Assembly: GCA_965649055.1 (NCBI GenBank)
Contig: CBFGJG010000002.1
Coordinates: 1-51,909 of the forward strand
Reading direction: 5' to 3'
DNA length: 51,909 bases
Source of the DNA: a candidate division WOR-3 bacterium
Lineage (GTDB): Bacteria; Hydrothermota; UBA3072; B12-G15
In this document: positions 1 through 8,463 of the stretch, piece after piece
How positions within the stretch are numbered: the stretch's first letter is position 1
Layout: the number at the start of each line of letters is the position of its first letter
The notes under the pieces: model-generated
Database searches by the model: none
Told to the model about the DNA's origin: nothing
The model's input: the letters and a program-made list of their open reading frames with translations, nothing else
Position numbers and translations under genes: made by a program

Positions 1-288
1 TATTGGACTACATCACCATATGTAGGTATAGAGGAAGAAAAAGATAAAGAGATATTTTATGTTCCATCAATTGTGTATGGCAAGGCCATTGAAATATCAA
101 TTAATGGTATAGATAATAAAGAGGTATCAATTTATGATATGATGGGAAGGAAGATAAAAGATATTCAAAGAAGGGATAATGAAAATAAGATAAAGGTTGA
201 TATTTCAGGGATAGAAAGTGGTATATATTTTGTGATATTAAAATCACAAGATAAAAACATAGTTAGAAAAACAATAATAATAAAATAA
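1..288 (+). CDS. 3' end of a secreted protein with a T9SS type-A-like C-terminal sorting domain (partial)
   Basis: Frame is open from base 1 (YWTTSPYVGIEE...). CTD motifs: VSIYDMMGRKI, SGIYFVIL, terminal KTIIIK. Confidence 0.8.
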   Translation, partial: YWTTSPYVGIEEEKDKEIFYVPSIVYGKAIEISINGIDNKEVSIYDMMGRKIKDIQRRDNENKIKVDISGIESGIYFVILKSQDKNIVRKTIIIK

Positions 289-291
289 AGT

Positions 292-952
292 TTGGGGTCA
301 ACAAACTTTCAACTTTTGTAAAAATATCATCCCTATTTTAATACTCTTCCAACAAGGGAGAAGAGAATAAAAAATTAGGAAGAGTTGGAATGACAAAATA
401 TAAATCATTATGACCATTAAAAATGCTTCCATAATCACATTAAAGTATGAATTATAATTCATTTTGTTTTTAAAATTATTAAAAGCACTTAAATGTAAAG
501 AGTGGACAAGTATAAACTTTTGTCAAATGTCAAGACCTGACACCCCCCAAAAAATAACAAATAGAAAGATCGGAGAATATGAAAAGTTTTTACAGAAAAA
601 CAAAAAAAATACAAGTTTACCCTTGACTTTTTTCTCATAGGCGTAATGACTTTTTTGTAATTCCTATTATTTTCATTTGTCATTACGAAGGCTTGCCTGC
701 TTCCTGCTTTTCTTTCTAAGCCCGTGGTAATCTCTTCCTTTCTTCATCTAATTTCATCCCCCTTGATGGGGGAGGAATAAAGTGGGGGTTAACTTATATC
801 TTTATAGCTTACTCGATTTTTATCTTTCCAAATAAGTGTAATGACTTCTGTTATTAATTAGTAATTAAGTTATAAAAATCAACATTTTCAGGACAGAGCA
901 AAAAATGTTGAAAAATAAATGAGAAAAGTTGAAAGTTTATGACTGACCCCAA
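292..952. repeat. Composite intergenic repeat cassette A, bounded by inverted copies of a 29-bp GGGGTCAG element
   Basis: Copies at 292-317 (+, degenerate) and 924-952 (-, exact reverse complement of TTGGGGTCAGTCATAAACTTTCAACTTTT). Internal REP-like modules at 345-367, 518-550, 678-734, 757-790 and 872-907. Confidence 0.75.
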
Positions 953-963
953 AAATATTTAAC

Positions 964-991
964 TTGACTTTTAACTAATTATAATTAATTT
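964..991 (+). promoter_or_regulatory. sigma70-type promoter, probably leaderless purD transcript
   Basis: TTGACT-N16-TAATTT-N6-ATG(998); no Shine-Dalgarno (SD). Confidence 0.6.
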
Positions 992-997
992 TATAAG

Positions 998-2242
998 ATG
1001 AAGATTTTGATAATAGGTTCAGGTGGAAGAGAACATGCAATTGGTTGGAAAGTAAGACAGGAATCACCAAATACAAAATTGTTTTTTTCTTCTGGTAATG
1101 GCGGAACTTCAAAATTAGGTGAGAATATAAACGAAGAACCACTTGAATTTGCAAAGAAAGAAAAAATAGACCTTACAATTGTTGGTCCTGAAGCACCACT
1201 TATTGATGGAATAGTTGATAGATTCAAAAAAGAAAATCTGAAGATATTTGGTCCTGATAAAAAATCTGCAAGGCTTGAAGGTGAAAAGGCTTTTGCAAAG
1301 GAATTTATGAAAAAATATAATATTCCAACCGCAAGGTATGAGATATTTGATGATCACAATATCGCGGTAAAATACATTAAAAAATCTCAATTTCCAGTTG
1401 TTATAAAGGCATCAGGTCCTGCTGCAGGGAAAGGTGCATTTGTTGTATTTGACAAAGATTTTGCATTAAAAATTCTTGAAGAACTAATGGTAAAAGAGAT
1501 ATTTGGCAAATCAGGTAAGACAGTTGTGATTGAAGATTATCTTGAAGGTGAAGAAGTTTCTATAATAGGCTTTTATTCAAATCACAGGTTCCTTCCTTTA
1601 TTACCTGCACAGGATTATAAAAAAGTTTACGATGACGATAAAGGTCCAAATACAGGTGGAATGGGTAGTTATTCACCTGTTCCTTTTTTAAAGAAGGATC
1701 TATTAAGATTGATAAACAAGGAGATAACAGAAAGAATTATTGAAGGAAATATCAAAGAAGGGATTGATTATACTGGTGCTCTTTATATAGGTCTTATAAT
1801 TACAAAAAATGGTCCAAAGGTCCTTGAATTCAATGCAAGGTTTGGAGACCCTGAAACACAGGCAATCCTACCATTGATTAAAAATAACTTCATTGAAAAT
1901 ATATTAAGGATATCAGAAGGTGATGAACCTGTGAATATGGATTATCACAATCTCTATTCCCTATGTGTTGTCCTCTGTTCAGAAGGGTATCCACAATCAT
2001 ATAAAAAAGGTATAAAGATTGAAATAAAAGAAGAACCTATGCTTTATTTTCATGCAGGGACTATTTTAAAAGGTGGCAATTTTTATACAAATGGTGGAAG
2101 GGTGTTGAACATAATAGGTCTTGGAGAAACACTTATTCAGGCAAGGGATAATGCATACAAAGAAATAGGGAAGATAAATTTCGAAGGTATGTTTTACAGG
2201 AAAGATATTGGTTTAAAACACTTAAAAAAGGAGGTTTTATGA
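998..2242 (+). CDS. purD: Phosphoribosylamine--glycine ligase
   Basis: IGSGGREHA, VGPEAPL, GPNTGGMG, EFNARFGDPETQ motifs. Confidence 0.97.
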   Translation: MKILIIGSGGREHAIGWKVRQESPNTKLFFSSGNGGTSKLGENINEEPLEFAKKEKIDLTIVGPEAPLIDGIVDRFKKENLKIFGPDKKSARLEGEKAFAKEFMKKYNIPTARYEIFDDHNIAVKYIKKSQFPVVIKASGPAAGKGAFVVFDKDFALKILEELMVKEIFGKSGKTVVIEDYLEGEEVSIIGFYSNHRFLPLLPAQDYKKVYDDDKGPNTGGMGSYSPVPFLKKDLLRLINKEITERIIEGNIKEGIDYTGALYIGLIITKNGPKVLEFNARFGDPETQAILPLIKNNFIENILRISEGDEPVNMDYHNLYSLCVVLCSEGYPQSYKKGIKIEIKEEPMLYFHAGTILKGGNFYTNGGRVLNIIGLGETLIQARDNAYKEIGKINFEGMFYRKDIGLKHLKKEVL

Positions 2243-3480
2243 GTCTTTTTAAAAGTAACCTTTCCAGAACGTTGTTGTTTATTCTTTTCCTTGCTATTCC
2301 TATGTTTGCACAGGAATCATCATCTTTTGGATTTATAGGTGAACTCGGTGGTGAAAAGTTAAACGAAACCTACTGGTTTTCTATGAGTCTTAAGCCTGAA
2401 ATCGGGATTGGACCAATAGGTTTTGGTCTTGACCTGCCTTTCAGGGTTTCAACAGCAGGTGAATTCAGGATGGAAGACTGGAATTCCCCAACAGATATCT
2501 TTGGACACATAAGGTATTTAAGATTAGGTTATCTTGGCTCTGCATTCTATCTTAAAGTAGGTGCACTTGATAGGGTTATATTCGGTCATGGATTTATTAT
2601 GGATAATTATTATAACACAATTGACGAGAATAACAGGAAAACAGGGATATTATTCAAGACAGACCTTAAAAAATATGGTGGAGAATTTATCTATACAAAT
2701 CTTGGAAGACCTGAGATAGTAGGTATTCGTGGATTTGTAAGACCTATAAAATTCGTTGCTGATATACCGATTGTTTCAAATCTTGAGATAGGTTCTTCTT
2801 ACCTTACGGATTTCTATGTTGATACAAATCCTTCCACAAAAGGTGCTATAGGATTTATTGGTTTTGATGCTGGTCTTCCTATAATCAAATTCAATATGCT
2901 CTCATTCGTTGTATATTTTGATTATGCACATATGAATAACTATGGAAGTGGTAATGCGCTTGGTGCAAGGCTAGACTTCAATTTCATAATGAACCTGCTT
3001 AATCTCTCAGCAAAATTTGAAAGAAGAAGTATTTCAAGCCAGTTTTTACCATCATACTTTGACCCATTCTATGAGGAACAGCGGTTTGTAAAAGAGGAAA
3101 TTGTTAAGTCATATGATGGCTCATTCAATGGTTATGCAGGTGAACTTTATGCGACTGCACTTGGAAGGCTTTCCCTCACTGGAAGATATCTATACTTCAT
3201 AGATATGCCAAGGAGCGGGAATCTCACAATGATACTTGATATGACAAAATTTATGCCAGATATGCCAATCCTCCTTGCATATCAAAGAAGAGGAATAGAA
3301 TCTGTCAATGATTTCTGGGGGATTGATAACAATACAATCTTCACACTTTCAGTTTCAAAAAAGATATACTGGAAACTATATGGAACTGTGAATGTAGAAC
3401 AGAAGTATGAATACGATGAAGAAGAAGTTAAATTTGAAGACCTTAGAAAATACGCATTTAAGCTTGGTATAAGATTGTAA
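2239..3480 (+). CDS. Hypothetical exported protein, probable outer-membrane beta-barrel
   Basis: Signal peptide (...IPMFA|QE), alternating beta-strand pattern, terminal FKLGIRL. Confidence 0.6.
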   Translation: MSLFKSNLSRTLLFILFLAIPMFAQESSSFGFIGELGGEKLNETYWFSMSLKPEIGIGPIGFGLDLPFRVSTAGEFRMEDWNSPTDIFGHIRYLRLGYLGSAFYLKVGALDRVIFGHGFIMDNYYNTIDENNRKTGILFKTDLKKYGGEFIYTNLGRPEIVGIRGFVRPIKFVADIPIVSNLEIGSSYLTDFYVDTNPSTKGAIGFIGFDAGLPIIKFNMLSFVVYFDYAHMNNYGSGNALGARLDFNFIMNLLNLSAKFERRSISSQFLPSYFDPFYEEQRFVKEEIVKSYDGSFNGYAGELYATALGRLSLTGRYLYFIDMPRSGNLTMILDMTKFMPDMPILLAYQRRGIESVNDFWGIDNNTIFTLSVSKKIYWKLYGTVNVEQKYEYDEEEVKFEDLRKYAFKLGIRL

Positions 3481-4796
3481 AAGATTTATTTTTCGAAGAA
3501 AACAAAGGGGAGGAAGGATTTCCTCCCCTTTCTTCAAGGGTAAGACCTAAAAACCTTTCTGATTTTATAGGTCAGGAACATCTCATATCCGAAGGTAGAC
3601 CTATTTATGAATACATAAAAGAACAGAAGATTCCTTCTATGATTTTCTGGGGGCCACCTGGAAGTGGAAAAACAACACTTGCTTATATCATCTCAAAAAG
3701 TGTGGATGCATATTTTGAAAATATAAGTGCTGTTTTAAGTGGAGTTCAGGATGTTCGGAATATCATTGAGAAGGCAAAGATAAGGATAAGAGAAAATAAA
3801 AAGACAATACTTTTTATAGACGAGATACACAGGTTCAACAAGGCTCAACAGGACCTGTTGCTTCCTTATGTTGAAAATGGACTTATAATATTGATTGGTG
3901 CTACAACTGAGAATCCATCATTTGAAGTGATAAGGCCTCTACTTTCAAGGACAAAGGTTTATGTTTTGAATCCATTAACACCTGAAGATATTAAAAAATT
4001 ACTTCTAAGGGCAATTAAAGTTGATGAAAGAATGAGAGAATTAAACCCGGATATTTCAGATGAAAATCTTGATTTTCTTTCAAATATTTCTGGCGGTGAT
4101 GCAAGGATTGCACTGGATACACTTGAGATAGCTTCAGAGATAAGTAAAGGTAAAGAGATAGATAAAGAGACAATTATAGAAATACTCCAGAGAAGGGTTC
4201 CATTTGATAAGAAAGGTGAAGAGCATTACAACCTTATCTCTGCATTTATAAAATCAATCCGTGGAAGTGACCCTGATGCTGCCTTATATTATCTTGCAAG
4301 GATGATAGAAGGTGGCGAAGACCCTTTATTTATCGCAAGGAGGCTTGTTATATTAGCATCCGAAGATATAGGAAATGCAGACCCGCAGGCATTACTTGTT
4401 GCGGTTGCGGCGAAGGAAGCAGTTGATTTTGTTGGTATGCCGGAAGGTTTCCTTCCACTCTCACAGGCAACTATCTATCTTGCATCGACATTCAAAAGCA
4501 ATTCAGCATATATGGCTTATGAAAGGGCACTTGAAGCAGTGAAGGAATTTCCTGATCTACCTGTTCCTTTACATTTAAGGAATGCACCTACAAAATTAAT
4601 GGAAGACCTTGGTTATGCAGATGGTTATAAGTATCCACATTCTTCAAGGTATGGTGTTATAAAACAGGATTATATGCCTGAAAAACTGAAAGGAAGAAAA
4701 TTCTATTATCCAAAAGATATAGGATTTGAAAAGAGACTTAAAGAATATCTTGAATGGGTTCAAAAAATCTTGAATAAAAATCAGAATAAAGGATAG
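3474..4796 (+). CDS. rarA: Replication-associated recombination protein A (MgsA/RarA AAA+ ATPase); start uncertain
   Basis: WGPPGSGKTT, FIDEIHRFNKAQQD, GATTENPSF, SAFIKSIRGSDPDAA. Conserved N-terminus DLF...PLSSRVRP...DFIGQEHL lies in frame upstream of the listed ATG at 3639. Confidence 0.93.
   Translation: MVKDLFFEENKGEEGFPPLSSRVRPKNLSDFIGQEHLISEGRPIYEYIKEQKIPSMIFWGPPGSGKTTLAYIISKSVDAYFENISAVLSGVQDVRNIIEKAKIRIRENKKTILFIDEIHRFNKAQQDLLLPYVENGLIILIGATTENPSFEVIRPLLSRTKVYVLNPLTPEDIKKLLLRAIKVDERMRELNPDISDENLDFLSNISGGDARIALDTLEIASEISKGKEIDKETIIEILQRRVPFDKKGEEHYNLISAFIKSIRGSDPDAALYYLARMIEGGEDPLFIARRLVILASEDIGNADPQALLVAVAAKEAVDFVGMPEGFLPLSQATIYLASTFKSNSAYMAYERALEAVKEFPDLPVPLHLRNAPTKLMEDLGYADGYKYPHSSRYGVIKQDYMPEKLKGRKFYYPKDIGFEKRLKEYLEWVQKILNKNQNKG
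3504..3531. terminator. Perfect 12-bp hairpin, terminator-like, inside the rarA 5' coding region
   Basis: AAAGGGGAGGAA-GGAT-TTCCTCCCCTTT, 23 nt after the stop at 3480. Confidence 0.5.
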
Positions 4797-4805
4797 TATA
4801 TACTG

Positions 4806-5318
4806 ATGGAAGATATGGAAATAATAAAAGAGGTAAAGAATGGTAAAAAAGAGTTATTCGGAAAGATTGTGGAGAAGTATATGAAGAAGGCATACGCAGT
4901 TGCATTATATTACACACATGACAATCATCTCTCATGGGATATATCACAGGAGGCATTTTACAGGGTTTTTAAGGGTATAAGAAATTTTGATGAGAAACAG
5001 GAATTTTTCCCGTATCTTTATAAGACTATAATAAATGTTATAAGAAAGATGAAAAAGTTTGAGTATGAAGATATAGATGGTATTGTAATTCCTTCGAACG
5101 ATGACCCGCAAAAATTACTTGAGAAGAAAGAAATGATAGAAAAACTGAAATCGGCAATAGATAAACTTGATAAGAAGGACAAAGAGATAATATATCTGAG
5201 ACACTTTGCAGAGCTTGATTATAATGAAATAGCAAAGGTTTTGAATATCCCTATAGGAAATGTCTGTTCAAGGCTTTACTATGCAAGAAAGAGGCTTTTA
5301 AAATGGATGAAAGAATAA
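4806..5318 (+). CDS. ECF-family RNA polymerase sigma factor
   Basis: Region 2 DISQEAFYRVFKGIRNF; region 4 YNEIAKVLNIPIGNVCSRLYYARKRL. Confidence 0.92.
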   Translation: MEDMEIIKEVKNGKKELFGKIVEKYMKKAYAVALYYTHDNHLSWDISQEAFYRVFKGIRNFDEKQEFFPYLYKTIINVIRKMKKFEYEDIDGIVIPSNDDPQKLLEKKEMIEKLKSAIDKLDKKDKEIIYLRHFAELDYNEIAKVLNIPIGNVCSRLYYARKRLLKWMKE

Positions 5319-5734
5319 AAGAATTAATTACAAAATATATAGATGGATTCGCAAAAGAAGAAGAGATAAAGAAGATAATAGAAGAAAATCCAGAAATAAT
5401 TGAAGAGATAAAAGAACTAAAAGAATTAAAGGAGGTGATAAATATGTTAAAACCGGTAGACCCTGACAGAAAATGGGAGGATTTTACAAAATCCCTTTAT
5501 TCAAGGATTGAAAGAAGTATAGGATGGATATTTTTGTCAATCGGGCTTATCATAACAATTTCATTCGGGCTAATACAATTCATACAGGAATTACTTAAAG
5601 ATACTGAATTACCATTGTATTTCAAGATAGGGATTTTCTCTCTTGTTTTTGGTATTGTCGTTTTGATTGTTTCACTTTTAAGGGAAAGGATTTTTATGTC
5701 AAGATATGATAAATATAAGGAGGTGGAAAGATGA
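5303..5734 (+). CDS. Membrane-anchored anti-sigma factor-like protein (no HxxxCxxC)
   Basis: Overlaps the ECF gene; N-terminal LITKYIDG anti-sigma-like helix; two TM helices. Confidence 0.7.
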   Translation: MDERIKELITKYIDGFAKEEEIKKIIEENPEIIEEIKELKELKEVINMLKPVDPDRKWEDFTKSLYSRIERSIGWIFLSIGLIITISFGLIQFIQELLKDTELPLYFKIGIFSLVFGIVVLIVSLLRERIFMSRYDKYKEVER

Positions 5735-6051
5735 TTCTAACAACAACAGATGAGATTCCAGGATACAGAATAGTTGAAGTTTATGGACTTGTCCGTGGGA
5801 ATACAGTCCGCGCAAAACATATAGGGAAAGACCTTCTTGCAGCATTAAGGAACATAGTTGGTGGTGAGATAGTTGAATATTCCATTATGCTTGCGGAGGC
5901 AAGGGAAGAATCAATAGACAGGATGGTAAAAAAGGCAGAAGCACTTGGTGCAAATGCAATAGTTGGAATAAGATTCATAACATCTTCTGTTATGCAGGCA
6001 GCAGCAGAGCTTGTTGCATACGGAACAGCAGTGAAGGTTGAAAAGATATAA
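5731..6051 (+). CDS. ybjQ: YbjQ/UPF0145 family protein
   Basis: TTTDEIPG...GLVRG...IVGGEI...GANAIVGIRF...AYGTAV. Confidence 0.9.
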   Translation: MILTTTDEIPGYRIVEVYGLVRGNTVRAKHIGKDLLAALRNIVGGEIVEYSIMLAEAREESIDRMVKKAEALGANAIVGIRFITSSVMQAAAELVAYGTAVKVEKI

Positions 6052-6068
6052 AAATATAAATATCTATA

Positions 6069-6096
6069 TTGACTTTTTCTATTAAATTTATAAAAT
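6069..6096 (+). promoter_or_regulatory. sigma70-type promoter for the orphan gene at 6182
   Basis: TTGACT-N16-TAAAAT. Confidence 0.55.
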
Positions 6097-6181
6097 ATTA
6101 TACACCTTTTCGGATAAAGGATTTTTTATTGTATTAAAATGTGTAAAATTTCAAGATTAACAATAGTAAGAGAAGGTTTTT

Positions 6182-7255
6182 ATGATTAATTTTATATACA
6201 ATGGTGAAAAAGTTGGGACTATACCAATTGAAGAAATTGAAAAATTTTTCTTCATATCCCTTTTAAAAGGAAATTCTTTACCACCTTATAGCTTCTTATT
6301 TCCCGATTTTGAAAATCTTAAGAAATGGAACAATGATTTTTATTATATAAATTTCCAGAGTTTCTCTTCAGTATATAAAGATAAAAAATTATTCGTTGTA
6401 ACACCTGAACTTCTATATAAGGCTTACAAAGATGAGAAAGAGATATATCTTGATTGGGAAGACTTGGAAAAAGAAGAAGTATGGTGGTTTGAATTAAACA
6501 GTATGAAAAAGATAGGATATGGAAAATTTTTTGACCTTTCTTTCCCTGATTTAGATGATTTAATTTATAAAATCATGGATTTTGAAATAAAAAGTTCGAG
6601 AAAAAAATCAAAGTCAAGGCGGATAAAAAGGAAAGATGAGTTAAATGAAGAATTGTCTGAAGAAGAAATGGAACTGCTGAAGTCCAAAAAATTTCTTGAA
6701 GAATATGACCTTGTGAATTTTTATTATCAAAATGAGTTTATAGCTTCATTGAATTTGATCCAGGTTTATCATTTTTTAAACCCTGATTCTGTATATATAT
6801 GGGGTCTTGAACCCTTTATGCCTATATTTTTTAATAGCTGGTGGATAAATGTTAAAGAATTAAAAAGATTTTTTTATTTAATTTATTCATTTGTTGCAAT
6901 AATATTGTATCATGAAGGTGAATTTCTTGTTATGGGGCCTAAATTTTTATACAATATTCTTGAAAATGGTATTAAATACCGAGTGGATTGGGAAGATTTT
7001 GAAAAGAAAAAAGTATGGTGGCAGAGATTCAATATTATGTATGATGATGGTCTTTATAAATACTTTGATTACACACCATTAGTAGAAAGGTTGGACAAAA
7101 TAGCAGACAAACTATTATTAAAAGACAGATTTTTCAATAAATGGTTCAGGTATGAATTCAGAAGTAGACATTATTATTATCACAATAAAGAAGAAATAAA
7201 AAATACAAAGAATCTATTAAAAGAAATTTCAAAGCATTACAATGGTTTAAATTGA
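6182..7255 (+). CDS. Hypothetical protein with two tandem copies of a ~130-aa domain
   Basis: 357-aa ORF; DWEDLEKEEVWW and DWEDFEKKKVWW are 178 aa apart. Confidence 0.75.
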   Translation: MINFIYNGEKVGTIPIEEIEKFFFISLLKGNSLPPYSFLFPDFENLKKWNNDFYYINFQSFSSVYKDKKLFVVTPELLYKAYKDEKEIYLDWEDLEKEEVWWFELNSMKKIGYGKFFDLSFPDLDDLIYKIMDFEIKSSRKKSKSRRIKRKDELNEELSEEEMELLKSKKFLEEYDLVNFYYQNEFIASLNLIQVYHFLNPDSVYIWGLEPFMPIFFNSWWINVKELKRFFYLIYSFVAIILYHEGEFLVMGPKFLYNILENGIKYRVDWEDFEKKKVWWQRFNIMYDDGLYKYFDYTPLVERLDKIADKLLLKDRFFNKWFRYEFRSRHYYYHNKEEIKNTKNLLKEISKHYNGLN

Positions 7256-7405
7256 AATAAACCAATTGAAGCTGTTTTAATAACATAATATCTTCATAAT
7301 CTTAAAAATCTAATCTGATGTATCCCCTTAAAAGCGTGGCAATGTTTAAGATAAATCCAATTGTAAGTTATAAATTTTAGTTAATAAAAATGTAGCTATG
7401 TATTA

Positions 7406-7890
7406 TCAGATTTCTATTTTATCTACAAGCCATTTATTGTTATGATAAATAACATATTTGTCGTTTTTTGTCGGTTTATATCTGAAATCTCTTTTTTTCC
7501 AATGTGGGATATGACAAAATCTAAGGGATAAATTGCGATTGTCTTTATGGAAAAATCTTTTTTGTTAAGTTCAACTGTTACAAGATAGTCAAATTGAGGT
7601 TCATTACCTATTACAGGGCGAGAATGTGTTGTATCTTTAATTTCAACTTTTTTACCTGTTTTAGGGATTATAGCATCGTAACCTTTCTGAATAGGGCTTT
7701 CAGCTCGTTCCAATCCAAGTGCATCACAAACGAAACCTTCAACATATTTAGAAAATATTTTTTTACCGGGTTCTTCATTTTTTAATGGACGCATATAAGG
7801 CATTTTATCCCTTTCTTTAGCAATAATCTTCATACATACTAATGCGATTTTTTGATTCTAAGTTAGTTTAGTATTAATTTTTAATTTCAT
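7406..7890 (-). pseudogene. Disrupted PD-(D/E)xK nuclease-like gene (DUF6998-like)
   Basis: AGGAGG + ATG at 7890; in-frame TAG at codon 11 (7858-7860); LGLERA...KGYDAI...KKVEIK...FDYLVTV motif; probable frameshift in the A7 run at 7492-7498. Confidence 0.65.
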
Positions 7891-8054
7891 ATAACCTCCT
7901 TGATTTGAATATAGTTTATATCAACTTTTTTCTTGTCAAAATAAAAATATGAAATTGATTTTATGTAATGTATTCACTGAATCAAAAAGATTACAAGAAT
8001 AAATCTAAAAGAGTTCATCTGAGATTAACTAAAAATATGGAATCAATCTCCAAA

Positions 8055-8340
8055 TAGGGTCAGTCATAAAGTTTCAAGTTTCTTGGATAATATCACCTCC
8101 ATCAAGGGGGAAGAGAATTATAAGAAAGAAAGTAAGAGATTCCCACGCCTTTCTTCGAAAGGCTCGGAATTGACAAATAAAAGGGAATCGAAAGGTGTGG
8201 AATGACAAATAAAGAAAATTGAAAGTAGTCTCAAAAGCAATTGTAGTCATCTTCATTAGTGGTGCGGAATGACAGATAAAGAAAATTGAAAGGTTTGGAA
8301 AGATAAATGGAAAAATGAAAAGGATGAGATTGCCACAGGT
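8055..8340 (+). repeat. Composite intergenic repeat cassette B
   Basis: Degenerate 29-mer at 8055-8082; CCATCAAGGGGGA module at 8095-8117; GAGATTCCCAC...CGGAATTGACA hairpin at 8136-8175; 27-bp direct repeats at 8199-8225 and 8266-8292. Confidence 0.75.
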
Positions 8341-8463
8341 TAGAATAGAAAAACGAAGAAGTATGATAAACAGATAATTTTTAGTAATTATTTAATTTGA
8401 ACGTATTTTATATTACCTTCTTTTATAAGCATTATTTAATATTTCCTTGATATTTCTTATTAT

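Noticed and set aside
489..683. 64-aa ORF (also 8074-8256)
   Set aside because: Translations of the repeat cassettes with no RBS or protein-like character.
6105..6130. Hairpin plus U-tract in the leader of the orphan gene as an attenuator or riboswitch
   Set aside because: Only a 5-bp stem; too weak to call and no recognisable riboswitch motif.
8199..8292. Two 27-bp direct repeats with a 40-bp spacer as a mini CRISPR array
   Set aside because: Only two units, each the right end of the REP-like family seen elsewhere; no cas genes in the window.
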